A DNA stretch of 51,586 nt, filler included, from Catajapyx aquilonaris (GCA_000934665.2; 3 parts of 3 records of this genome joined end to end with filler, not necessarily neighbours in it), one strand, 5' to 3'; positions 1 to 10,482 are shown, counted from the first letter of the whole stretch. A program made the numbers and translations. Notes: generated by a model not told the origin, from the letters alone.

Positions 1-153
1 CCCTCCCCCCTTGCCACCAGCCACTAAAATAATATCAATAAGTTAATAAATCCATAAATAAGTTAGTATCCATATTGGATATGAAGTACTCTCCAAGCCA
101 TTGACAATATCAATCTTGACGAAATGCACGAGAGAAAATGCCTCTAGGCCTAC

Positions 154-1160
154 CTCCGAAAAGCATCTTCTGCTCCTCGCGATTGTCTTGCAATAATATC
201 GGTGAAACTGTTCCACAAACTTTTGCCAGAGTCTTGGTGAAATCTGCAGGAATGATAAATATCCATAAATTCATAAAACCATAAATAAGTATCCATATTG
301 GATATAAAGTACAGTTCTAATATTTGGTTCCAATTGGAACAAAATTTCTCCCATGAATTTCATCAAGATTGCAATAATTGCAATCTTGATGAAATTCGCA
401 GGAGAAAATGATTCTAGACCTACTTACTACGTACGAAAAATTCCATCCGCCCCTCGTGACTGCGTTGAAACAAATCATCGGGCCAAGCTTCTGCCACAAT
501 TTCCCCAATCCTGATGGGTACATTTAGAGGACCACGAGGATCACCTGTGTATGTAAACACATGATTTTTAAAGAAACGGGCAGAATATTTCTAAGTGTGT
601 ATCAACGGTTCAAAAAGAATTGTCCCTCGCGTCGAGCGGGCAGCCACGCGTCAGGATGAAAGCAACCAGTTAACTGGTTCATTTCATCCTGACGCGTGGC
701 TGCCCGCTCGACGCGATGGACAATTCTTTTTGGACTGATGATACCTCTGCAGAACTCATTGGCCTTACCGTTCATTGAGACCAACATCTCCATGTCCCTC
801 TCTAATCTTCCTCCACTCGTGAAGACACAGGATAAGGAACCTGCGTTTATAAAGACATGATTAAACCATGCAGAATACTTCTAAGTGCTTATACCTCTGC
901 AGAACGCATTGGTCTTACCGATCACGAAGCCCTCCTGCCTGAGCAACACGTCCATGTTCATGTAAGGCACGAATCGTTCACTAAGTGTGAATGTGATGGT
1001 CATAATCTCCATATCTTTAAAGACATAAAAATGATTTTAAAATGCGGAATATTTCTTAGGGTGTACCACCCTCACCATTGCACCGCAGACTGCACTGCAT
1101 AATGTTCCCTAGGCTCAGGTGCTCCAGGTCCATCAACTCCATCATCCTTCCTTGACTCAT
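154..1160 (-). CDS. Putative novel multi-exon gene derived from duplicated HRI N-terminal exons; 3' end runs off the left edge
   Basis: ATG at 1160 in AAAACC-ATG context. Exons 1160-1076 (or -1067), 1014-895, 840-745, 544-428, 243-154 with GT..AG introns, all phase 1. Internal exons are 120/96/117/90 nt and there is no stop in about 170 codons. Exon ends resemble HRI exon 1 (NAFCRG, NEFCRG vs NEFDRG) and HRI exon 2 (NREEQKMLFG vs NHKKDQKKLFR). Confidence 0.55.
345..408. repeat. Short palindrome (21-bp perfect arms, 1-nt loop)
   Basis: GAATTTCATCAAGATTGCAAT (355-375), A, ATTGCAATCTTGATGAAATTC (377-397), with an imperfect TTTCTCC/GGAGAAA extension. Confidence 0.9.
600..743. mobile_element. 144-bp foldback (MITE-like) element inserted at TA
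   Basis: Arms 600-671 and 672-743 are reverse complements with 6 mismatches and no loop, with TA at both ends. Paralogous sites near 885-900 and 1060-1068 lack the insert. Confidence 0.8.
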
Positions 1161-2053
1161 GGTTTTCTTTTCCTATCCCTTTTATCCCTACTCTGCACTG
1201 CTCCGACCGGTCACGGGCCACGGTGGTTCTCCGATGTGGCGCTAAAAAGGGGAAAATATTCTATCTCTAGTAAAAGTGCGTCGGTCTGGGGAGAAACGGG
1301 CGTGGCAGGGTGTGTCACTGTGTCTGTGGCGTCTCAATATGTCTTCCAGGCCGACCGACTTCCCGCCCTTTTTTTTCGCGACATACTTTCTTGCTTCCAC
1401 CAGCTCTCACCAGTTAGCGCTGGTGTACTGCATCAGCTGGTGTGGCGGCTACAATTGAATTAATAGGCCATATAGGGTTTCATATCAGTATCACAATAAT
1501 GTCCATTGGACTTTCCTGAACTTTTCAATGCTTAACTTCAAGTGTTGCACAGTGTTCATGGGATTGTAACGAAATGCTCTAAATTACCTGAAATTACTCA
1601 TTACACGGACTCACGATCGCTCCCGATTTCATATCCGGGCTGTGGACTAATAACCGTAACTTTACTCACTCCATGAGTTTATTATAAACATGCTCTAAGC
1701 TTCCCCTCACAAAAGTATGAAATTGACCCTGTGCTGTCAGCAAGTTGCTGCTGGCCAGGTCAATATTCTAATTGACCCTCTAATGGCCTCTAACCAGGGT
1801 GGACCAGAACACATTTTAACTAAGGACAAAGCATGTATCCATATGATGGAATTATTTGTAATGTACAACAAACGACTGAGTTTCATCAACACTTTATTTG
1901 AGCACCGCTTCTTGCAAATAAATTTTGCTTCATCCTGCTTGTCTCTGTCAGTAATACTGAGCACGGAGTACATCATATATGAAGTTCATGGCATGTCAGC
2001 ATGAAAGTATAAAAAATCACAGCACAAAAATGCTATTTTTTATCACAAAATTA

Positions 2054-4917
2054 TCACTTAGCACTTTGGCTCATCATCTTGATTGTGTCCCTGAGTTGCT
2101 TGATTTCCATGTCCTTTTCGGCCAGTCGCATCTGGAGAGTCACACAGCGAGGGCAGACCATTTCGGGAGAAGGTGGTGGCTCACAAATGTCCCTCCATTG
2201 CTGCAGGGCTTCCTCGGCTGTTGGCCTCAACATCGGTTGAACGCTCAGAAGTCTCTCAATCAGCTCACACTGCAATTTCAATAGTAAATCATAACTGAAA
2301 TTGGAGGCCAGGAAAAATATAAATTACCTGTCGAGGCCATTTCTTTCTCAAGTCATCTGGAAGGTCGCCCTCCCTAACTTGACTTAGGATGATGCTTCGC
2401 TCCATCTTGGTAGTAAATGGTTGATACAGTTCCAGCAGGACTATCCCAACACTGTAGAGGTCACTCTGCAAAACCCAGCACACTTGAGTACTTGGCTTCT
2501 TTGTGATGCAAAATTTGCCCTACCTTTTTATCAACCAAGTTGCCCACCACCTGCTCAGGTGCTGCATACGGCTGAGTCCCAACCTGAGATGACGTCTTAG
2601 ATTTGGGTTTGACCCCATGGATGTTGGCTTCTTCACCGGGAGCAAAGCAGGCAAGCCCAAAGTCACCGATCTTCACTCGCTTCAAGGCTTCATTGTAAAA
2701 TATGTTTTTTGGCTATTTTGTAGGAGAGAGACTAATGATGAGTTCTAAAAAAATGTCAAATTATGATATCATATGCCAGAGACTTGCCTTTATATCTCTG
2801 TGTACAACATTCTGCATATGGATGTGCTCTACTCCTTCCAAAATTTGCTGTACAATGTGACTGTTGACATCTTCATCTACAACACCATCTTCATTTCGCC
2901 GTTCCAGCCACTTGTGTAATGTGCCTTCACACAGCTCCATTTGGATGTACAGCACCACTTTTGACTTCTGGAATATAGAGAAATTTGCATTAGTTTATTA
3001 CTCCTGCATTCAACACAATTAGGGCTATGCAAGACTCACAGTTCTCTTCCGCCGCCTTGTAAATCTAGAATCCACAACATCCACTGCACTCTCTGCAGTG
3101 TCGTAGGTGACAATCTGCAATTCCTCCTTGCTCTGCACAAATTTGGCACCTCCACTGCTCCCACCACTCTCTTCTCCCTCGATGACCTCCTTAATTTTCA
3201 CCGTGGTTTGAACCCTCGTTGATACCCAGTCAGGAGTGTCTTGCTCCTCTGGCGAAGCAGCAAAGATTATGGAGTGTGAATGCTCACTGTCGGAGGCTAC
3301 TACATCTTCCACGTTGGAGCTAGCGTTCGACTCAGCTGGGCTTACATGGTCCCTTTGATGCATCAGGTCGAAGTGTTCATGAATTAAAAATGGTTCCAGC
3401 CACGAGTGCTTATACGACACAATGTTTGGATGCTGGAGCTGCGCCACAGTTTGAACTTCCCGAAGAACTTTGTGTACATGCCAGTCAGTGCTAACCCTGA
3501 AAACAATAACCTAAATAAGAAACATATCTCAACATTGACTTTCATGCTTGGATTTCAGCAACACATAATATGTTTACAGCTTTTGCCCAATTATTATCCG
3601 TAAACACTAGTCACAACTAGAAATTATTGTAACTTACATATTTTTCTCGACTTTGAATAAAAATATGCACTAAACACAAGAAAAAGAAATGGTCGGCCAA
3701 CATCAGCATTTGATAAAATTTCATTAGCCCATCCCGTACTTGACAATAATGAGGTCACAAAGATCTTTATTTTAAAAATGACTAATTGTTTATTTACTCC
3801 TCCACTGAATTGATATTGAGCTTAAGGCCAATCAAATTATCAGGTTATCCTAATCACATGTGATAAACACAGGTAAGTGTCCTCAAATTAGCTCCAATCA
3901 CATGCCAGAAATTTTCCTGAACAAAAGGCAACGAACGTAATAAGCACAAGTGACTTATTTCCTTATTCAAAGCCTACTGACCTTAGCAATCTGCAATTTA
4001 CACTGAAAGTGGATGTTAAAATCGAATAACAAATGACTGGAAATACTCATTAATTCTTTCATTCATTCGTTACATCACGGCATTATCCAAAAAATTGTAC
4101 AATGTAAATTATTCTAATGGCCGACTGAGACGGCTACTTGTAGACACTAGTCGTTGCTGGTTACCCCATTTTTGGGATAATGCCGTGATGTAATTGAAAA
4201 TAGACTCACTTGATGATAATCTTCTTAACGGCATAATTCTGCCTGTCTATCCGATGGCTGGCCCTGTACACCACGCCAAACCCTCCCTTTCCCAGGAAAC
4301 ACACGCAGCAAAACTCTCTCCTGAATCGTTGCGGTTGCAGGCTGACATTTGGTGGCAAGCCTGGCAAAGTGGATGTCACCGGACTGGAAATAGTTACCAA
4401 TGAGCCCTTCGTTTTGAACAAACCGTCACGTAACTCACTTCGGCAGTAGCAGCCTCCGTCCTCTTGGCTGCGCGACCTGTATGACTGTATCCATATTGGA
4501 TATGAAGTACTCGATATTCGGTTCCAAGCCATCAACCACATCGATCTTGAGCCAGCTGCACAGATCTACAAGACGAACCGCATTAGTTACAATAAAAGGA
4601 ACGCTTCGACGCTCACCTCTAAACAGTTTCTTCTGGTCCTTCTTATGATTCGGTTGCGACAGTTTGCATATGTAGCGTATGAGCGACTGTATAAGAACCG
4701 TGTACTTGTACAGCGCCTCTTGGTCCACGAAACGAAATTCACCGTCGAGGGCAACAGGCGTTGTCGAACCACCAGAATCACCTGCGTTTAAAAAGCATAA
4801 TTACAACAATTGCGGCGTAATTACTGGTGCGTACGGCTCACCTCTATCGAACTCATTGACCGTACTGAGCGCTGCGGCCCAGCGGGACACCTCCATGTCC
4901 CCTCTCTTCGACCCCAT
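2054..4917 (-). CDS. EIF2AK1: HRI-like eIF2-alpha kinase, 9 coding exons, about 573 aa
   Basis: Exons 4917-4842, 4781-4617, 4565-4439, 4383-4210, 3496-3040, 2967-2788, 2712-2524, 2465-2328, 2269-2054 join in frame (1722 nt). Motifs: RFRREF..LGKGGFGVVY, YAVKKI, EVQTVAQLQHPNIVSY, long acidic/Ser kinase insert, LYIQMELC, HRDIKPKNIF, VKIGDFGLA, VGTQPYAAPEQ, SDLYSVGIVLLELYQPF, and a C-terminal coiled-coil-like tail. No PERK transmembrane/luminal region, GCN2 RWD/HisRS or PKR dsRBD is seen, which favours HRI. Confidence 0.88.
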
Positions 4918-5317
4918 CCCTGCTGACAAACATATTAATTGTAACAATAAATTAGAAATAATTAATTTAAATATATTATTATAATGATAAATATTAGCAT
5001 ATACTGATGGTGTTTATGTCCTTATCTGAACCAGGAGACTCCCTCTCCCGGCTGTTCCTTCAGGACTGTTCGAAACACGTTTATCTGGCCATATGGTGCA
5101 CGACCAATCGGCAGCTGCGAATATAATAAATAATAAAAAAATATACAATAAAAAAAATTGGCGGGCGATTCTGGCGACATCTGACGTGATTTTGGTGAAT
5201 TACATGCGGGCATCGCTCTTCTGTTGTTTGGCGTGGAACGTCTGTGGAACATATCTTTTGTCGGTCTGTTTTTTTTTTTGTCCTGTTTTTTGCACAGCGG
5301 GCAGGCCCCGGGGCAGG
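4918..5317. promoter_or_regulatory. Bidirectional promoter / 5' UTR region shared by HRI and COPS8
   Basis: Divergent start codons only 400 bp apart. CpG-retaining sequence, CCAAT at 5104-5108, TGACGTGA at 5182-5189. Confidence 0.6.
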
Positions 5318-6720
5318 ATGATCATGGCTGCGACGGACCTGGACGCGACCCTGGCCAAGAAGGCGCAGGAACTGGAGAGGCAGGAGCTGGAGGTCAGTAT
5401 ATAGAGGGTCAAAAGGTCATCTGTAATGGAACTAGGAACATGGGCTGAATTTATGCTAATTGCCTTTTAATTATTAATTTGCATAGGCACCTGGTGGTGT
5501 GGCTTCGGCAGAGGCGTACGGCCAGCTCATGGCGATCTACCTGTACCAGCAAGACCTGTGCAACGCCAAGTTCTTGTGGAAGAGGATCCCCTCCAGTGTG
5601 AAGGCGGCCAATGCGGAGCTGGGTGCCCTGTGGACCGTGGGACAGATGCTGTGGCAGCGGGACTATGAGGGATTTTATGAGGCTCTTGCCAAGGATTGGT
5701 CGGAGCCTGTTGCGCCTGTCATGAGGGCGCTTCTTGGTAATTGCCGGGTGTAGATTTTAAGAATCTCAAAATATGTGATTTGGCACTTACAGGTATAAAT
5801 GCACTACATAGTTTTACGAGGGGTTAGTCACTTAGCGCACCGAGACTGAAGCCCCGGACAAAGTTCGTGAAGTCTGACTAAAGTCCTTGAATTCCCATCG
5901 AAGTCCATCGTACACTATAGTATCAAGTGACTAACCTTTCGCAGGTTTCTCTGTCTCTCTTTGGCAATGCATCGTTAATAATTCAAATGATGTTCTATTT
6001 CTTTAACCAAAGAATGTCTACAATGAGTGCAATTAAAGGCTGGCATGGAGTCCTTGCTACCATTATCTGTAAGCCGGCCTTGGTGGACTAGTGGTTAGCG
6101 TGCTCACCTCTGGTCCCAAGGTTGTGGGTTCGAACCCGGTCGAGTTCGGTGACTTTTCTCCGGGTGGTAGAAAAGTGAGAGTGCGTCTTCCTTCGGAGGG
6201 AAAGTAAAGCCGTCGGTCCCGTGTGCTTGTGACATTGCACGAGTGCACGTTAAAGATCCCCAGAGTGGCCAAATTTCCAGGAGGAGGACCACCCCCTGGC
6301 GTCGGTGTTGAGCCTTAGAGGCAGAAATAGGCCGACATTAAGCCCCACTGAACCCAGTACCATTATCTGGTTGAAGCAATAACTTGTTTACTTCACAACA
6401 CAGCAGGGCCTGAATCGCCAAAATTAAATGCTAGTTTTGACTGACATGTATGTACTGATCTTTTAACAGAGTCAAGTCGTGAGCGAGCTGTGAGTTTGGT
6501 GTCACGAGTGTACTCTTCGATTGCTGCTGGTGAGTTGGCGGCTAAAGTGGGTCTACCTGTGGAGGAGGCTGTGAAGGCGGCAGTGGCTGTGGGTTGGGGC
6601 TACGATGCTCAGACGCAGATGCTCTCCCCGAAGAAGCCGGATGGACCTGCCGGAGATCCACTCTCTTGTGAAGAGCAGCTGCAGAAACTGACTGATTTCG
6701 TAACATTTTTGGAGAACTGA
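5318..6720 (+). CDS. COPS8: COP9 signalosome subunit 8, 3 exons, about 191 aa
   Basis: Exons 5318-5392, 5487-5736, 6470-6720 join in frame (576 nt; alternative ATG at 5324). Contains ELERQELEAPGGVAS, YGQLMAIYLYQQDLCNAKFLWKRIP and C-terminal EEQLQKLTDFVTFLEN, characteristic of CSN8. Confidence 0.95.
5815..5943. mobile_element. Small mariner-type MITE relic in COPS8 intron 2
   Basis: Left end TA-CGAGGGGTTAGTCACTT and right end AAGTGACTAACCTTTCG-CA form an imperfect 17-bp terminal inverted repeat. Confidence 0.5.
6070..6357 (+). mobile_element. tRNA-derived SINE with 12-bp target-site duplication
   Basis: TACCATTATCTG at 6058-6069 and 6358-6369. A-box-like TGGACTAGTGG and B box GGTTCGAACCC. 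The body (CCTTCGGAGGGAAAGTAAAGCCGTCGGTCCC...CACGTTAAAGATCCC) resembles the Deu/Nin-type central domain, from memory only. Confidence 0.85.
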
Positions 6721-7023
6721 GATGAGAGAAGCCACTTCCCACTTTTTAAAAATCTCTTTACCTCATTTTTTCCCCTCCCCCTCATCCTATTCCATTTGTT
6801 GTTGTACAGTGAGGGTGAACCTCAGTGCCTAGCAATATTAAATGCCATCTGTACTGTGAAGACACGAGTTGTGTAATGATTGAAGTGCTTGGAATATGTG
6901 AAATGCAACCTTCATAGCTATTCAGATTATTGATGTCATCAATCAAATGTAATTAAGGTCTTTCCTTAAAATTACTGGTGAATTTTGATTGGCACCAAAC
7001 ACACCTACATTTTAAAGTGCTAT

Positions 7024-7131
7024 GGTACTATATCACCCAAAAAGATAGAGACGATTTTGCATTTGACTCAAGTGCAACTTGCACTTGAATCAAATGCCAA
7101 TCGTCTCTATCTTTTTGGGCAATATAGTACC
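7024..7131. repeat. 108-bp near-perfect hairpin downstream of COPS8
   Basis: Arms 7024-7077 and 7079-7131 (GGTACTATATCACCCAAAAAGATAGAGACG... / ...CGTCTCTATCTTTTTGGGCAATATAGTACC), few mismatches, 1-nt loop. Confidence 0.9.
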
Positions 7132-7143
7132 TTCTTTACACCG

Positions 7144-7818
7144 GGAATGGGGAAGTAGCCTTCATTTTGGAAACTACATAATAAATTCGCCCATATTTTT
7201 TGGATTTTTTTGGCATATTCCGTTTTAAGACATCAGTTTCAGTTCCGGAGTAATTGGGGTTTTTATGTAGGGAAATGGTGACGTCACTGTTTCCCTAGAA
7301 AATGTTGACGTCACGCGAAGTGAAATGAAAGCAAAAATGGTGTTATAGAATGTGCCCCGTCATTGTTGTAAAATGCTTCGCTGTTGTTAGCAACCGTCCC
7401 ATTCCGTGAGCAAGATAGCGGCCGGGGCGCGTATTTATTCCAGGCCGCTCAAGCCGCTTTGTACATGGCAGTGATGCCACCAGGTCGGAATTATCTGTCA
7501 CCCGAATTCGGCACATGAAGCTCCACCTCGATGGCCTACAGCCGCCTTCCGAATGCTTTCCGTCGTGTCCGCGGTTAATTCAAAGTCAAATTCCTCATAT
7601 CTGGCAGTCAACCACGCATTTCAGTGTACCCTTTCGATTGGCACCACCCGGCTGCCCCGTTTTTCCCTCCAATTTCGAAGGGACTTTTAAATATGCCATA
7701 ATTTATCCAGTAATGTCATTTTGATGAAATAGAGTGATGGAATGTATGTTTATAGGCATGGGCTAGCTAGTTATGAACAAAAATCCCAAATCCCAGACCA
7801 AGGCTACTTCCCCATTCC
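7144..7818. mobile_element. Non-autonomous TIR element, superfamily undetermined
   Basis: Perfect 19-bp inverted repeat GGAATGGGGAAGTAGCCTT (7144-7162) / AAGGCTACTTCCCCATTCC (7800-7818). No clear TSD. Confidence 0.6.
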
Positions 7819-7935
7819 GTTTCTTAATCAAGGGGCTGAATGTGTAATAGGATAGTGTGGATCTGTGTTCAAAACCTCACAGTTCCACCTGCTTTTCCCT
7901 TAATGTTTTTTTTTTTCCTTTACTGACATAATAAG

Positions 7936-8218
7936 TAGTTTGCATTATTTTGTACAGTTTTTTTTACGAGCCATTCGGCACAATACAGGGTGACTCTAAA
8001 GCCATGATACATAGATAATTTGATTGTAATGACAGTATAATGTCGGTTTCCAGTGGTACCAATTTGCCAACTGAAACTGTACTGACTGACAACAATCTGC
8101 TAGTTGGCACAGCTGGAAACCAACAATACAATCCAATTACCTATGAATCCTGACTTTAGAGTCACCCTGTATTGTGCCGAATGGCTCGTAAAAAAGTTGT
8201 ACAAAATAATGCAAACTA
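7936..8218. mobile_element. Foldback MITE with long arms and an internal Tc1/mariner-like TIR
   Basis: TAGTTTGCATTATTTTGTACA...GCCATTCGGCACAATACAGGGTGACTCTAAAG pairs with CTTTAGAGTCACCCTGTATTGTGCCGAATGGC...TGTACAAAATAATGCAAACTA. TA at both ends. Confidence 0.8.
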
Positions 8219-8407
8219 TCTACCAAGCTATCTACTTTATATCAGTAGGCCCATCCTCACAACCTTTGTTCGCTCATGAAAATGCAGAATCCCATCGAGA
8301 AAACGACCTTAGATATAATAATTAACCAATTTACGACAACATGTGCCAAAATTTTAACATTACAATCATTAAAAACCAGTACACAGAGAGACGACGGTTG
8401 TGCATAA

Positions 8408-9844
8408 TCTCTATCTCTTCTCTATATCTATAAATAAGGAAGTTTGTGAGTTTGTCAGTTTGGATGTTTGTCCCTTATAGAAATCCAGGGGAAGGCCCCT
8501 ACACCGCCTTAAATTAGCATATCGGGGGTTACATTTTCCAAGGAATCTAACGCCGCATGTTTCAGCTTCCGAAAATGAACCTAACTCCCACAACACGCAT
8601 ATTCCCGAATCTTCTCACTTCTCGGGCTCAACAATTAACTTACATAAACATCAAATAACAATATATCAATTCACATTCCCATGGAAATGCCCTTATGCAA
8701 CAATACCTATAGGAAATTAAAGCATTGCCCTGCCGCAGTGACTTTCACCTGGCATTGCTCCCTGGCATTGCCGTAAATTCAACGCATCCACCAATTACGC
8801 TAATTGGCCACCTCACCCTCATGTGAGTTCGTATCGTATGGTCAATCCGGGATTTTGTGGGATTTGAAACTAGACTTCCAGACAAAAATAAATACAATAA
8901 AATACAGTAAAACTTCCATAAGACGAACTTCCCTAAGTCGAAGTTCTCCATAACTCGAAGGGCAGGCAGGGCCTTATGATGCATTTTCAGTCTCCCGAAG
9001 TTGAAGTTCATGTTGCAAGTCTGGAAAATTTTCTCATTTACCAGACGAAGGGTCGAGAGGAGGCCACATGCACAGAAAGGCTCAATTTCCTGACCTCCGT
9101 CTACCAGCTGTATACCGAAAGAAATGTTTGATTCGATTGAGACAATTGAATCCTTGATGAATCTAAGAGTAGGAAAATGTCCATCACGGAGTGTTTTTTC
9201 CCCCAAAACAACGAGGAACATTGTAAATGTGATAGTGGCAATAATTTTAAAGTTTTGAACACCTTTCCTAGCTTGATATAAAGACGTAGGCATCCAAATA
9301 TAGAGTTAAGTGCTTAAATAATATTCCAAACTTCTCAAACTCGAATCTTCTATAACTCGAAGTTTTTTCCTGGTCCCATGGAGATTCGACTTAGGAAGTT
9401 TTACAGTATTTACAAATATTACAACGTGTTGAAAACAAAATTTCCCAGCATGCATCGGTAGGCTACGTACATTTCTTAAGTTCTTCAGAGCAAACATATG
9501 GAATGAGGTGGGGGTGTGAAGTGGGGTTGAGGGGTCAAGGGGTCAAAAATGCAGGGGAAAAAACACGTGGCTGTGCAGTCTTTTCCTGAGCCAACTCTAT
9601 CCACATTCCTCATTTAACACATCCAATCAGAATATTATCTGTGTGTCGACTATACGCTACAAGACAAGCAGGTAATCTATCACAGATAGTGACAAATTTT
9701 GGCTTATTGTAACTTATAATGCCTATTTTAAGATATATCGAGTTTCATGGAAGGGAAATTTTTCCAAACAAACACACTTCCTAAAATACTGTATATGTAC
9801 CCCTACCTTTACCAGCACCCCAACATACCCGGGCAACCTGCTAG
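8408..9844 (+). mobile_element. Non-autonomous Helitron-like element
   Basis: 5' A|TC...TCTATATCTATAAATAAGG followed by GTTTGT-like repeats. 3' CCCGGGCAACCTG-CTAG|T (CTAG at 9841-9844), with the subterminal hairpin incomplete. Confidence 0.5.
8905..9406. mobile_element. pogo/Tigger-like non-autonomous element
   Basis: TA-CAGTAAAACTTCCATAAGACGAA at the left, TTCGACTTAGGAAGTTTTACAG-TA at the right, with repeated subterminal ATAACTCGAAG motifs. Confidence 0.65.
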
Positions 9845-10482
9845 TGTGGCAATAAATTCTCTCCAATCATAGAGAAATTATTCAAAAAATATTGGAGTTC
9901 CTAATTTCAGAAAGTACATTTATGGAGTGGCTCATGGAACTATTTTCAGAAAGGATAGGCTACTTTATGAGCGTTAATTTCAGAATTGCTTGAGTAAGAC
10001 CTATGGTACAGATTAAATCAATTGGTGAAGGTCTTACGTGCGCCTGCCTTATTGTTTCAGTAGGCCCTACCTTCATTCTGCCACGGAGGTCTTACTGAAG
10101 GGTTTTAAGGGAAAGTTTTTGCTCTTATATCATATTATAGCAGAACTCTTTGGTTTACTCAGACTATCTTTTTGGACGAGGGCATCCCTACGTATGGTGA
10201 TATTTATGTAAAGTGGTAGATTCCAGAAGTGGCTGTTGACTAACACCTAGCTCTGTTGGCGCCACTGCCTGTTTGTTGTTGTCGGTTGCTGGGGGAGACG
10301 ACTCTATGTTTGTTTGGAATGTTGCCTGGGCAAAGTCCAGTGTTGCTGGAGAGAGCCGAAGGGTTGGTTGGGTTGGAACGTGAGTCCAGGCCAGAGGTGC
10401 GGTGGACTCTCCTAAGTAGTTCCTTGAGTCTGCTGGTGATTCGCAGCCCTCCTCCGCATCACTCCAGCGAGGGCCAGTCACC

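Noticed and set aside
6073..6145. tRNA gene
   Set aside because: No proper acceptor stem, and it is embedded in a 288-bp unit with a TSD, so it is a SINE head. The same applies to ~50695-50770.
8745..9293. 182-aa minus-strand ORF
   Set aside because: Straddles a transposon boundary and has no recognisable motif.
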